From NCBI RefSeq assembly GCF_028641065.1, contig NC_073378.1:137454001-137518000 (forward strand): a DNA stretch of 64,000 nt, read 5' to 3'. The notes below the pieces were generated by a model. The model ran no database searches. It was given only the letters and a program-made list of their open reading frames with translations, and had not been told where the DNA came from. Of the stretch, positions 50,650-63,119 are shown one piece after another (within the stretch, counting starts at the first letter, position 1; each line of letters opens with the position of its first letter). A program made the translations under genes and the position numbers. Origin of the DNA: Leucoraja erinacea (taxonomy: Eukaryota).

Positions 50650-51540
50650 AATAGTGATACAGTGTGGAAACGGGCCTTTCGGCCCAACTTGCCCACACCA
50701 GCTAACATCTGAAGAAGGGGCTCGACCTGAAACGTCACCCATTCCTTTTCTCCAGAGATGCAGCCTGTCCCACTGAGTTATTACAGCATTTCCAGCTAAC
50801 ATGTCCCAGCTACATTAGTCCCACATGCCCACATTCGGTCCATAACCCTCCAAACCTGCCCGATCCATGTACCCGTCTAAATGTTTCTTAAATGTTGGAA
50901 TAGTCCCTGCCTCAACTACCTTCTCTGGCAGCTTGTTCCATACACCCACCCCCTCTGTGTGAAAAGTTACCCCTCAGATTCTTATTAAATCTTTTCCCCT
51001 TCACCTTAAACCTATGTCCTATGGTCCTCAATTCACCTACTCGGGGCAATAGACTGTGCGTCTACCCGACCTATTCCTCTCATGATTTAATACATCTCAA
51101 TAAGATCACCCCTCATCTTCCTGCACTCCACGGAATAGAGTCCCAGCCTACTCAACCTCTCCCTATAGCTCAGACTCTTTAGCCCAGGCAACATCTTTGT
51201 AAATCTTCTCTGTGCCCTTTCTAGCATGTTGCCCAAAACTGAACACAATCTCTCTTTCCCTCTCAACCCCTTTCTTCTGCCTTTTCCCCATAACCCCTGA
51301 CACCAGTACTAATCAAGAATCTATCTATCACTGCCTTAAAAATATCCACTGACTTGGTCTCCACAGCCTTCTGTGGCAATGAATTCCATAGATTCACCAC
51401 ACTGTGACTTATATGCAAAGAAGTTCCTCCTCAACTCCTTCCTAACGGAACAACCTTAAATTCTGAGGCTATGACCTCTGGTCCTAGATTCTCCCACTAG
51501 TGGAAACATCTTCTCCACATCAACTTGATCCTGGTTAGTA
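50650..51540 (-). mobile_element. Nested CR1 3' fragments
   Basis: Reverse complement of the same CR1 3' ends seen at 15.3-15.7 kb and 53.4-53.8 kb. Confidence 0.8.
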
Positions 51541-52559
51541 AGTATGCACATGATATTAAGATTACTAGGATCATGGACTGTGAAGAAGCCAGTCAATGTA
51601 TTCAGCAGGATGTAGATCAGCTATAAAAATGGGCCGAAAAATGGCAGATGTAGTTTAATCTGAGCAAGTGTGCAGTGTTGCACTTTGGAAGGCCATTTGA
51701 AGAGTCAGGAAATCATGATGCAGCTTTACAGGACTTTGGATGGGTCGCGTTTGGAGTATTGCGTGCAGTTCTGGTCGCCCCATTACAAGAAGGACATGGA
51801 GGCTTTGAAAAGGGTGCAGAGGAGGTTTATCAGAATGATGTCTGGATCAGGGTTTTTTTTAGCTACAGGGAGAGGTTGGACAGAATTGAATTATTTTCAC
51901 AGGAATACCAGAGGTTGCAGGAAGACCTGATAGAAGTCTACAAACTTAAGAGAGGCGTAGATAGCGTAGCCAGTCAGAACCTTTTCCCCACTCTTATGGT
52001 GAGAGAGGCAAAGTTTAAAAAATATGTGCCAGTCAACTTTTATTAACAGAGGTTGGTGTGAGCCTGGAACTCCAGAGATGATGTCTGCCCCACTGAGTTA
52101 CTTCAGCTTTATGTGTCTATCTACACTTCATCTCTCTCTCTATATATATATATATCTATTGAGAGCTTCAAGTTCCTTGCTGTTAATATATATATATATA
52201 TATCTCCAGAGATGCGGTCTGTCCCGCTGAGTTACTCCAGCTATATATATATATATATATATATATATGACTTGAACATTAACATACATGGGTTGGTTAG
52301 TAAATTAGCAATCAACACTAAAATTAATGGGATTGCGGACAGTGAGGAGGCAGTTAACGGAGGCGGCAGATCAATTAAAGATATGGGTAGAGAAACGGCA
52401 GATGAAGTTAAATCCAGGCAAGTGTGAGGTTGTTACACTTTGGGAAGTCAAATGTAAGGGGAAAATATACAATGAATGCAACACCCTTAACATTATTGAA
52501 GTACAGGTGGATCCTGCGGTCTAAATTCACAGCTACCTGAAGGTGGCAATACATTTTAC

Positions 52560-53440
52560 TCCCTATACATTCACGACTGTGCGGCCTAATTCAACTCAAA
52601 TTCCACCTACAAATTTGCGGATGAGCAATGACGAGATGGACTACAGAAATGAGAGAGCCAACTTAGTGATATGGTGTCAGGACAATAACTTCACCCTCAA
52701 TGCCGGCAAGATGAAGGAGCTAGTTATCGACTTCAGGAAGCATGGTGGAGTACATGCCGAAGTGATAAAATGTTTGAGAGCTTCAAGTTCCTTGCTGTTA
52801 ATATTATCAACGATCTATTGTGGACCAACCACAATGATGCAACAGCCAAGAAGGCCCCATGCCTCTACTTCCAGAGCAGATGAGAAATTCTACATGTCTC
52901 CAATGACTCCTACAAGCATCTACAGAATTACCACGGAAAGCATATTGGGTTCTAACTAATGTTGGGTTGCGTCACACCTTGGTTTGGGAACAGCTCTGCT
53001 CAAGACCGCAAGAAATTGCTGAGAGTTGTAGATGTAGCCCAGTCCATCACACAGACTAGAATCCCCATCATCGACCCCATCTACACCACGCTGCCTCGGA
53101 AAAGCAGCCAAATTAATCAAAGACCCCCCCCCCCCCCCCAGAAGATACAGACTCAGGAACAGCTTCTTCCCCTCTGATATCAGGCTTCGGAACGGTCCTT
53201 CCATCAGCTAGGGTACTGTCTGATTCACTTCTACCCCATTGCAGACATTGGACTTTGTCTAAGGTACTGAAGTGCTACGATGCTGAGAACTATATCCTGC
53301 ACTCTGTATCTTCCCCTTTGCTCTACCTATTGTATTTGAGTTTGACTTGATTCTTATTTACATGATCTGTTTGAATAGCATGCAAAACAAAGCTTTTCAT
53401 TGTATCTCGGTACATGTGACTGGAATAAACCTAAACGTGA
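52560..53440 (+). mobile_element. Rex1/Babar- or L2-like LINE 3' part
   Basis: WCQDNNFTLNAGKMKELVIDFRK, ESIL.GCVTPWFGNSSAQDRKKLLRVV..AQSI motifs; 3' tail ggtacatgtgac..aataaa. Confidence 0.8.
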
Positions 53441-53444
53441 ACAC

Positions 53445-54180
53445 ATAGAAACATAGACAATAGGTGCAGGAGTAGGCCATTCGGCCCTTCGAGCCTGCAC
53501 CACCATTCAATATGATCATGGCTGATCATCCAACTCAGTATCCTGTACCTGCCTTCTCTCCATACCCCCTGATCCCTTTAGCCACAAGAGCCACATCTAA
53601 CTCCCTCTTAAATATAGCCAATGAACTGGCCTCAACTACCTTCTGTGGCAGAGAATTCCACAGATTCACCACTCTCTGTGTGAAAAATGTTTTTCTCATC
53701 TCGGTCCTAAAATATTTCCCCCTTATCCTTAAACTGTGACCCCTTGTTCTAGACTTCCCCAACATCGGGAACAATCTTCCTGCATCTAGCCTGTCGAACC
53801 CCTTAAGAATTTTGTAAGTTTCTATAAGATCCCCCTCAATCTTCTAAATTCTAGCGAGTGCAAGCCGAGTCTATTCATTCTTTCTTCATATGAAAGTCCT
53901 GACATCCCAGGAATCAGTCTGGTGAACCGTCTCTGCACTCCCTCTATGGCAAGAATGTCTTTCCTCAGATTAGGAGACCAAAACTGTATGCAATACCCCA
54001 GGTGTGGTCTCACCAAGACCCTGTACAACTGCAGTAGAACCTCCCTGATCCTATACTCAAATCCTTTTGCTATGAATGCTAACATACCATTCGCTTTCTT
54101 CACTGCCTGCTGCACCTGCATGCCTACTTTCAATGACTGGTGTACCATGACACCCAGGTCTCATTGCATCTCCCCTTTTC
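53445..54180 (-). mobile_element. CR1 LINE 3' end
   Basis: QAVKKANGMLAFI...LVRPHLGYCIQFWSP...QRRFTRLIPG and typical 3' UTR. Confidence 0.92.
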
Positions 54181-54379
54181 CTAAGCACAAGCAGATGGAG
54201 CGGGAAAGAAGACGAATGGTATATTTTATTTCATGGTCAGAACATTGAGAATAAGATTTAGGAAGTCATGTTACGAACGAACTTCACACAGCTTGCCCAC
54301 GGTGCACCTAATTTATTTCAAACCTCGCGTTCTCTGAGGAAAGTGCCTCTCAAGATCACCCTGCACCTTCCAGACCTGC

Positions 54380-54930
54380 ACATAGAAGTTGGGAGGTCAT
54401 GATGCAATGCTGAGACCACATTTAGAGTATAGTGTTCAGTTCTGGGCGGCGTGTTATAGGAGATATATTGTCAAGCTTGAATGGGTTCAGACAAGATTTG
54501 CAAGGATGTTGCCAGGACTTGAGGGTCTGATCTATAGGGAGAGGTTGAGTAGGCTAGGTCACTATTCCTTGGAGCACAGGAGGCTGGGGGAGAGGAATAG
54601 ATCAGGTAGATGCAGAGTCTCTTGCCCAGAGTAGGGGAATCGAGAACCAGGGGACATGGGTTTACGGTGAAGGGGAAAAGATTTAATAGGAATCTGAGGG
54701 GTAACTTTTTCACACAAAGGGTGGTGGGTGTATGGAACAAGCTGCTAGAGGAGGTAGTTGAGGCTGGGACTATCCCATCGTTTAAGAAACAGTTAGACAG
54801 GTACATGGATAGGACAGGTTTGTAGGGTTATGGACCAAGCGCAGGCAGGTGGGACAAGTGGAGCTGGGACATGTGGGCCGGTGTGGCCACGTTGGGCCGA
54901 GTGGCCTGTTTCCACACTGCATCACTCCAT
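54380..54930 (+). mobile_element. CR1 LINE 3' end
   Basis: RPHLEYSVQFW, RNLRGNFFTQRVVGVWNKL; same subfamily as 14.4-15.7 kb. Confidence 0.9.
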
Positions 54931-57339
54931 GACCTCTCCCAGTGTGTGGCCCTCAGACTCGGCAGCTGCAGCTGAACCCGAGGTTTATGATGTTCACCGT
55001 GACATCCTCACTCCCGATCTCTGAACCCCAGTTCGCAAAGCCCACATCGTCTGTCTCTTTATCCCCCGTTCCCTCTGTCGCCATCTCCACTAATGATGCA
55101 CATACATCTCGGAGCCTCTGTTCTTGCACACCCTCATACTCCTGCCTGAAGTTTAGAACATAGAACAGTGCCGCACAGGAACAGATAGAGCTCTAGGGGC
55201 TAGCGGAATCAAGAGATATGGGGAAAAGGCAGGAATGGGTTACTGATTATGGAAGGTCAACCATGATCACAATGAATGGCGGTGCTGGCTCGAAGGGTCA
55301 AATGGCCTACTCCTGCACCTATGTTCTATGTTTCTATGTTAAGTACTGCATGGGAACAGTACCACACTTAAAAGTCTCTTAAATCTCATTATCATACCTT
55401 CCTCCACCACCATCCTTGGCAGCATATTCCAGGCACCCACCCCCTTCTGTGTAAAACTGTGTAAACATCTTTAGCCCTAACCCCTTCCCCCTTCACTTTA
55501 AAGGTAAAACCTCTCAACTTTGACAAAGAAAATAGGTGGAGTAGGCCATTCGGCCCTTTGAGCCAGCAACGTCATTCAATATGATCATGGCTAATCGTCC
55601 AAAATCAGTACCCCGTGCCTGCTTTCTCCCCATATCCCTTGATTCTGTTAGGCCTTAGAGCCATATCTACATGTAACTCTCTCTTGAATACATCCAGTGA
55701 ATTGGACCCACAGCCTTCTGTGGCAGAGAATTCCACACATATGGACATTTCCACTATTGGAATAAGATTCTGACTGTCTACCATATCTGTGCCTGCCATA
55801 ATTTAATTAACATCTATCAGGTCTCCCGAAGCCTCTGACGTTCCAGAGAAAACAATCCAACCTCTCCTTATAACTAATACCCTCTAATCCAGGCATCATT
55901 CTGGTGAACCTCCTCTGCACCCTCTCCAAAGCCTCCACATCTTTCCTGTAATGGGGCGACCAGAACTGCACACATACACTTCTGCCCTCTGATTTGTGTT
56001 GTCCCTCCTGTTTCTCCCTGCCAAAGTGTACCTCGTCCCATTGCTTTGTGTCAGACTGCTCCCAGCACATCCAGTAAGTCCCACCAATTATGTATACAGT
56101 GTTCAGGATCTGGGCGTCTCTGGCAACGCCGACATACTATGCCCTGGAGCTGAGTGATTGGCTTGGTTTGTTTTGTTCTCGGGGTATCCTAGAGTCACCT
56201 CCACGGGAGGCTGAGGTGTGAAGTGCAGGCCGAGTCAGATGAGGGTGGAGATCTCCTCCCCAAAAGGCAGGCCGCAAGACATCCCATGACAATCCAGTGA
56301 TCCTTCACTTAGCATGACTCACGACTCGATTACAATTACGGATGTGGTATGACTCATGGGACCAGTCAGCAACTTGCACCATGCTGGCTTAGAGAATCTC
56401 CGTCCCTCACAACACAATCTCTCTCACAGGCCCACCATTTTGTTATCAACGTACACTGTCGGGATAATTTCAGTGGCCAACTGCTCGTCTTTGGGTCGTG
56501 GGAAGAAACTGGAGCATCAAAAGATAATCAATGTGGTTACAGGGAGAAGGTGCAAACATCACACAGACAGCGCCTGAGCTCAGGATGGAATTGGGGTCGC
56601 TAGCGCTGTGCCACTCTCTGTTCTAGGTCTCCGGACTGCCTGTGCTCCGGGTATTGGTCCCACCACCAGCCCACAATTTACTCTGACCCCGACTCTGGGA
56701 ACTGTGCACTCAGCATAACAACTTATCAACTAATACTCAAAGACCCACTATGACATTCTTACATTCTGTGACACAGGTGTACACACACGGCACTCCCACA
56801 CACCACAACACAGGTGTACACATGTGACACTCCTGCACACAACACAGGTGTACACACACGATACTCCCACACACCGCAACACAGGTGTACACACACGACA
56901 TTCTCACACACAACACAGACACTCCTGCACAACGCCCTACAGACATACCCATGACACTCCTGCACACTGCGCTACAGATGTATACGTGTGACACTCATGA
57001 ACACATGACAATCCACACACTGTGAAACTCCAGCATACTATAACACATACAAGTAACAAAGGTCTGAACATGCACTGAAAGCCCACCAATCCTGATGCGC
57101 ATGTGGGGACACATCGACCAAGCCACGATTCACCCCATTTCCCCCCGCACATTTCCCAAAACAATGAGATGGGATGGTCTGTGAGGTGAAACATGCTGGG
57201 GACGGGTGGGGAGACAGTGCTGGTGACTAGCGGGGGAGAGGGAGGCCTGTGGGTGGGGGGTGGTGGGGGGGAGAGAGAGGCATAGGACAGGAGAGAAACA
57301 CCAGGTTGGGAGAGATAAGAGAGACAAGGGAGAGAGATG

Positions 57340-58010
57340 AGGCCAGAGAGATGGAGACAGAGAGCGACAGGGAGGGGGATGGGGAGAGGGATGAGGGAGA
57401 GGGGGATGGGGAGGGGGACGAGGGAGGAGGGGGAGGGGGATGAGGGAGAGAGGGGAGAGAGGGGATGAGGGGATGAGGGGGGATGAGGGAGGAGAGGGGG
57501 AGGGGGGAGAGGGACGATGGGGGAGAGGGGGATGAGGGAGAGAGGGGGGAGAGGGGGAGAGGGAGGGGGGATGAGGGAGAGAGGGGAGAGGAGGGTGAGG
57601 GGGAGAGGAGAGGGGGGGTGAGGGAGGGGGGGATGAGGGAGAGGGGGGGGGAGAGAGATGGGGATGAAGGGGAGAGGAGGGGAGAGGGGGATGGGGGGGG
57701 GAGGTAAGGGAGGGGGGGGATGAGGGAGGGGGGGAGAGGGGAGGGGGATGAGGGAGGGGGGTGAGGGGGGGGGGATGGGGGGGTTGGAGATGAGGGGAAA
57801 GAGGAAGAGGGATGGGGATGAGGAGGTGGAGGGGATAAGGGGGATGGAGCGTTTGAGGGGGATGAGGGGGATGAGTGGGGAGAATGGGAGAGGGGGAGAG
57901 GGGGGGAGGGGGAGGAGAGGGGGGGGAATGGGGGGAGAGGGGGGGGAGAGGGGGGGGGAGAGGGGGGGGGAGATGAGCAGGGGAAGAATGGCAGGCAGGG
58001 GGAGCAGGAG
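57340..58010. repeat. GA-rich low-complexity tract
   Basis: G/A with ggatgaggg motifs, downstream of exon 1. Confidence 0.9.
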
Positions 58011-58149
58011 GAGAATGGGGTGATAGGCATAGGCAGAGAGGGATGATAATAAGAGAGGGATGAGGGTAGGATATGCAAGATGCAGGATGGAGGGTCACAA
58101 TGGAGTCTGATTTGTGGGGGGGGGGGGGGAGGGAGAGGTCACGGCTAAC

Positions 58150-58624
58150 CTGCTGAGGGTGTCCCGTTCAACACCAGCCCCACCTCGGGCCCCTTCTTGT
58201 CTCTCAGCTCCTCGATCTTGCGATACTCCTGCCTGCCCCGCTCAACGACGGTGGAGGATCCTGGTGGCCGAGGTGAGGGGCGGGGGAGGGGGCCGGGGGC
58301 CCGGAGGCTGGGGCGGTGCTGGGCCTGTCGCTGCAGGGTGGCGGGCACGATGTCGGGGGGAAGGTGCAGGTACTGGCGAAGGAAGCCCACACCCTGGTCC
58401 GTCAGGTACCAGTAGTGGTGTCTCCACACGAAGCTCTCCCGCACCAACCCCCGAGACTTCAGTGAGCCCAGGGCCCGGATCACCTGCAGGTTGGACAGGG
58501 CCCGCAGCTCAGGGTGCCGGGACTGGGGGCACCGGCTCTCCTTGGCCACCACAACCCCATCGCGGAACAGCAGCTCGTACAATGCCCGCAGCTGGGACAG
58601 GGGCAGCAGCATGCCCGCCACCAT
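58150..58624 (-). CDS. PLEC: Plectin alternative first exon 1 (Plectin/S10 N-terminal domain), coding part
   Basis: MVAGMLLPLSQLRALYELLFRDGVVVAK...NLQVIRALGSLKSRGLVRESFVWRHHYWYLTDQGVGFLRQYLHLPPDIVPATL matches the plectin isoform-1/S10 domain. Strong Kozak (cccaccATGG). 158 codons + 1 nt, then G|gttagc donor; phase 1 matches exon 2. Confidence 0.96.
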
Positions 58625-59300
58625 GGTGGGGCCGAGACTGCGCCGGCCTCAGGCACAAGGACTGGGCCTTGAGTGCAGGGACCTCAGGCTGGGCCTCAGG
58701 TGCAAGGACTTCACAGTCTGAGCTGCACAGGCTGCAGGATCTAGGCTGACGAGGGTTCGCTGGGAGGGACCTGGGCATGCAGACTGATCGTCAGTGAGTG
58801 ACCACAGAGACCTGGGGCAGTGACTGGGGCTGCGCTCAGCTCTATGAAGCCCGGCAGAGGAAATGAATGGGCAGGAGGGAGAGGCGGAAGGCAGGCCCGC
58901 CCCCCCCCCCACACTCCCCCCCCCCCCTCTGTCCACCCGCTGACACCACAGCACTGGTGCTGGAGCCAGGCCAGGTGTGAGTCAGGCTTGGGGGATGTCG
59001 TCAGCCACAGGCAGCCAGGGCAGCCCAGAGCCAGAGCCAGAGGCTGAGGCCTGGCACAGAGCCAGGCACCACAGGCTGCAGGTGAGGGGTGAGTCTGGCA
59101 CAGGAGTGGGGTGCTCAAACAGCCCCGGCCCAGGCTCCCAGCCCAGGCTCCCAGCCTTTCCTTTCACCGCAGGACACAACCTTCACCAGAGACAGGAGGG
59201 CGGCACGAGACAGGCTTGTCCCAATTTAACACTGGCATTTCAGCGGCCCCGAATAGCCCGGCTCATTGTGGAGCTGTAACTCGAACCAGCAGCTGATTCA
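58625..59300 (-). promoter_or_regulatory. Probable 5'UTR/promoter of exon 1
   Basis: GC-rich, repeat-free sequence directly upstream of the exon-1 ATG, with a GC-box (ggcccgcccc about 58894) and AP-1 TGAGTCA (58978-58984). Confidence 0.45.
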
Positions 59301-59714
59301 GCAGCTAAGCACAGCCAATGTCACTCACACTGGCTTCCCAAACTACCCATCCAACCGTCCCACCACAGCCCATCCCGGGGCCCCATCAACAGGCCCAGGA
59401 GTGAGAGCCCTGGGTGGAAGCAGTGTGGGTGGGGTGTGGACCAGGGGTTGGAGGGGAGGTGTGGACCAGGAAAGGTGTTCATTGTGGACCGGGGGGGGGG
59501 GGGGGGGGGGGGGGGCGATTGGGCTGTGGACCACAGGGGGGTTCAGTGTGGACCAAGGAGGGGAGTAGTTGAGTGCGGACCAGCAGTGAGGGACTGTTCG
59601 CCCCACACCACCCACACTGTTCCCTCAGTACCATCCTCACACAATGCGGCACACCCTTAAATCACTCTGCTCCCCTGTCTTCCATTCATGGCCGCACCCT
59701 GGAGCTGCTCTCTG

Positions 59715-59760
<46 letters not shown>

Positions 59761-59934
59761 CAGGCCAGCACTGCGGTCAGTGCGGAATGTGCAGACATTC
59801 CTGCTGCAGAATGTGGAACTGCACAAACACATTGAGGAGCAGGGAGTGGGGAAGGTTACTGCCACACCCATACCCAGGGTGAAGGCAGAGCAGTCCCCCC
59901 AAATCCACACAGGTCATCCACCATCTCAGAGACC

Positions 59935-60480
59935 CAGACACAGCTCACCCACAGACACAGTCTCTCAGAACCAGACACAGACCCACAGACAGAGAACCAC
60001 AGACAGACCCACAGACACAGGCCAACAGACACAGATCCACAGACAACCACAGACAGACTCACAGACAGAGACCCACAGACACAGACCCACAGACAGAGAA
60101 CCACAGACACAGAACCACAGACACAGACCCACAGACACAGACCCACAGACAGAGAACCACAGACACAGACCCACAGACACAGACCCACAGACACAGAGAA
60201 CCACACAGAACCACAGACACAGACCAACAGACACAGACCCACAGACACAGACCCACAGACACAGACCCACAGACACAGACCCACAGACACGACACAGACC
60301 CACAGACACAGACCCACAGACACAGAGCCACAGACACAGACCCACAGACACAGACCCACAGACAGAGACCCGCAGACACAGACCCACAGACACAGACCCA
60401 CAGACAGAGACCCACAGACACAGACCCACAGACACAGACAGAGAACCACAGACAGAGGACCCACAGACACAGACTCACAA
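59935..60480. repeat. ACAGAC/ACAGACCC-based microsatellite array
   Basis: Tandem cacagacacagacc units. Confidence 0.92.
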
Positions 60481-62039
60481 GCAGTCTCTTAGAACCAGAC
60501 ACAGTCCCACAAACCGAGTCCACCCACAGATCCAGACACTCACAGACACAGTTGAACAGACCTAGACAGTCCCACAGATCCAGTCTCACACATCCTGACA
60601 GTCACATAGACGCAGACACAGTACCACAGATCCAGACAGTCTCACTGACCCAGACACAGTCTCACGGACCCAGACGCAGTCCACCCACAGACCCAGACTA
60701 TCCCGCAGATGCAGACCCACCCACCACCCCAGTTGCGGACTACACTGCCAGGGAGAGTGTGACCCACTCCACCTCAGCAACCTGACCTCCTGGTACTGAC
60801 CTGGGCACCAGACTCACAGAGTGGCATCTGACCACAAGACCAGACGAAGAGAGGGGGGCAGAGAGGGAAGGGGAGAGACTGGAGGGGAGAGAGGGGAGAG
60901 AAGGGANNNNNNNNNNNNNNNNNNNNNNNNNNNNNNNNNNNNNNNNNNNNNNNNNNNNNNNNNNNNNNNNNNNNNNNNNNNNNNNNNNNNNNNNNNNNNN
61001 NNNNNNNNNNNNNNNNNNNNNNNNNNNNNNNNNNNNNNNNNNNNNNNNNNNNNNNNNNNNNNNNNNNNNNNNNNNNNNNNNNNNNNNNNNNNNNNNNNNN
61101 NNNNNNNNNNNNNNNNNNNNNNNNNNNNNNNNNNNNNNNNNNNNNNNNNNNNNNNNNNNNNNNNNNNNNNNNNNNNNNNNNNNNNNNNNNNNNNNNNNNN
61201 NNNNNNNNNNNNNNNNNNNNNNNNGAGAGGGTGAGAGAGGGAGGGAGAGAGGGAGGGGGAGAGAGGGAGGGGAGATGATTGGGATGGACAAGATGGGTCG
61301 AAGGGCCTGTTTCTGCTCTGAAACAGAGGTGGAGGGAGGAAGGAGGAGCCAAGTTCTCCAAAGCAGCGTGGAATAGGATCACTGGCCCTCACCTCAGAGG
61401 TCAGCCCTGGATGGAGAAAGGTGTTGATACTTTATTCACACCAGCAGGGTGAGTAATTATTCTGTTGTGAGGCTGGACAGATACATGGATAAGTTAGGTT
61501 GACAGGGATGTGGGTCAATGGCAGGCAGATGGGACTAGCTTAGCTGGGGCATCTTGGTCAGCATGGAGGAGTTGGGCCGAAGTTGGCCGGGTCGTACTGT
61601 TCTGTATGACTATAAATACCCAGCGGCCAGGGTGGGATTCAAATCCACACCACTGGATTGTAGGGCAGCAACAATCACAGTGTTATTGGATCCCTCAAGC
61701 TGCAGTCTCGGACTCCAGGCTCCATGGCAACAGGCATAACTCCACATGGAAATATTTCCAGACTCTCATTGGGACAGGAGCTGGCTGGGAACGGAAATCT
61801 ATCCCAGCGCCAGATCCCCACACACAGTATTTATAACTCAGTTGGCCAGGCAGCTAGCTGCCAACTGCTTCCTTCCATCAATGCTACCAGAATCCTGGAA
61901 CCATCAGAACAGTCCGAGCACGAGAGAGTGAGTCATACATCATGGAAACAGGCCGTCAGCGCAACAGATACCAATGCCACTTACCCACCGGCAGCTCGTT
62001 CCATACACCCACCACCCTCTGTCTGAGGTACATCACCCC

Positions 62040-62915
62040 TCATCTAGATCAGTTGGGAGGGAGTTCCAAGAAATGGCAAATGGAATTTAACTCTGACAAG
62101 TGTGAGACGTTACAGAGCAGGAGTCACACAGTAAATGGCAGAGCCCTGGAGAGTGTGTTGAACAGAGAGAACTGGGAGTACGGATGCATAGTTCCCTAAA
62201 AGTGGTGAGGCAGGTGGGCATGGTGGTGAAGAATGTGTTTGGCACGCTTGCCTTCATTAGGAAGGGTATTGAGAACAACAGTTGGAACATCATGTTACAG
62301 TTGTACAAGTCGAAGAGATTCACCAGGATGTTGAAGAAGGAACTGCAGATGCTGGAAAATCAAAGGTAGACATAAGTGCTGGAGAAACTCAGCGTCTATG
62401 GAACGAAGGAAATAGGCAACGTTTCGGGCCGAAACCCTTCTTCGGACTGAGGTTTCTCCAGCACTTTTGTCTACCTCCACCAGGATGTTGCCTGGACTTG
62501 TGGAATTGAGTTACGGGGAGAGGTTGGACAGGCCGGGACTTTCATTTTGGAGCGTAGGAGGCTGAGGGGTGACCTTATTGAGGTGTACAAGATCATGTGG
62601 GCATGGATAAAGTGAACACTCACAGTCTGTTTCCCAGGGGAGAGGATTCTAAAACTAGAGGGCACAGGCTTAAGGTGAGAGGGGAGAGATTCAAGAGGTT
62701 GAGGAACCTCAGGGGCAACTTTTTCCATTCAGGTTCATTTTGCTAATCTGAACCTGGAATGAGCTGCCAGAGGAAGCTGTAGAAGATGATACAATTACGA
62801 CTTTTAAAAGACATTTAGACCAATGCTGGCAATTGGTATAAGCCTAGTATTCAACAAGGTCAGCATGATCACGATGGGTCTGAGAGCCTGTTTCTGGGCA
62901 CTACAGCTCTATGAC
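62040..62915 (+). mobile_element. Degenerate CR1 LINE interrupted by a Penelope-derived short insert (about 62335-62476)
   Basis: KWQMEFNSDKC, TLAFI..GIE, RFTRML; caccaggatgttg is repeated on both sides of the insert. Confidence 0.82.
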
Positions 62916-63119
62916 TCCTTGAAAATTGACACAAAATGCTGGTGTAACTGGCAGACAGGCAGCATCTCTGGATAGCAGGAATGGGTGAGGTTTCGGGATG
63001 AGACCCTTCTACAGACTGAGTCAGGTGGGAGGGAGATACAGAGATAAGGGAATGTATGTTGTGAAAACGAGATAAAGGGGATGGAGATCAAGGAAAATGG
63101 AGAATAGATCATTGTTTAA

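Noticed and set aside
52155-52270. 30-bp segment duplicated at about 52774 and embedded in (TA)n
   Set aside because: Likely a local templated duplication or assembly noise at a TA microsatellite; no functional signal.
54950-55150. Open frame on the minus strand (QEYEGVQEQ...CRV*) after an AG
   Set aside because: Ends in a stop, has no suitable donor and no recognisable homology.
58145-58624. Stand-alone ribosomal protein S10 gene or retrocopy
   Set aside because: The MVAGML start, C-terminal extension and phase-1 donor upstream of plectin exon 2 identify it as plectin exon 1.
60780-60840. Possible exon 1e/1f upstream of exon 1
   Set aside because: The ATG frame gives no phase-1 donor and no similarity to 1e or 1f; these probably lie beyond the window or in a gap.
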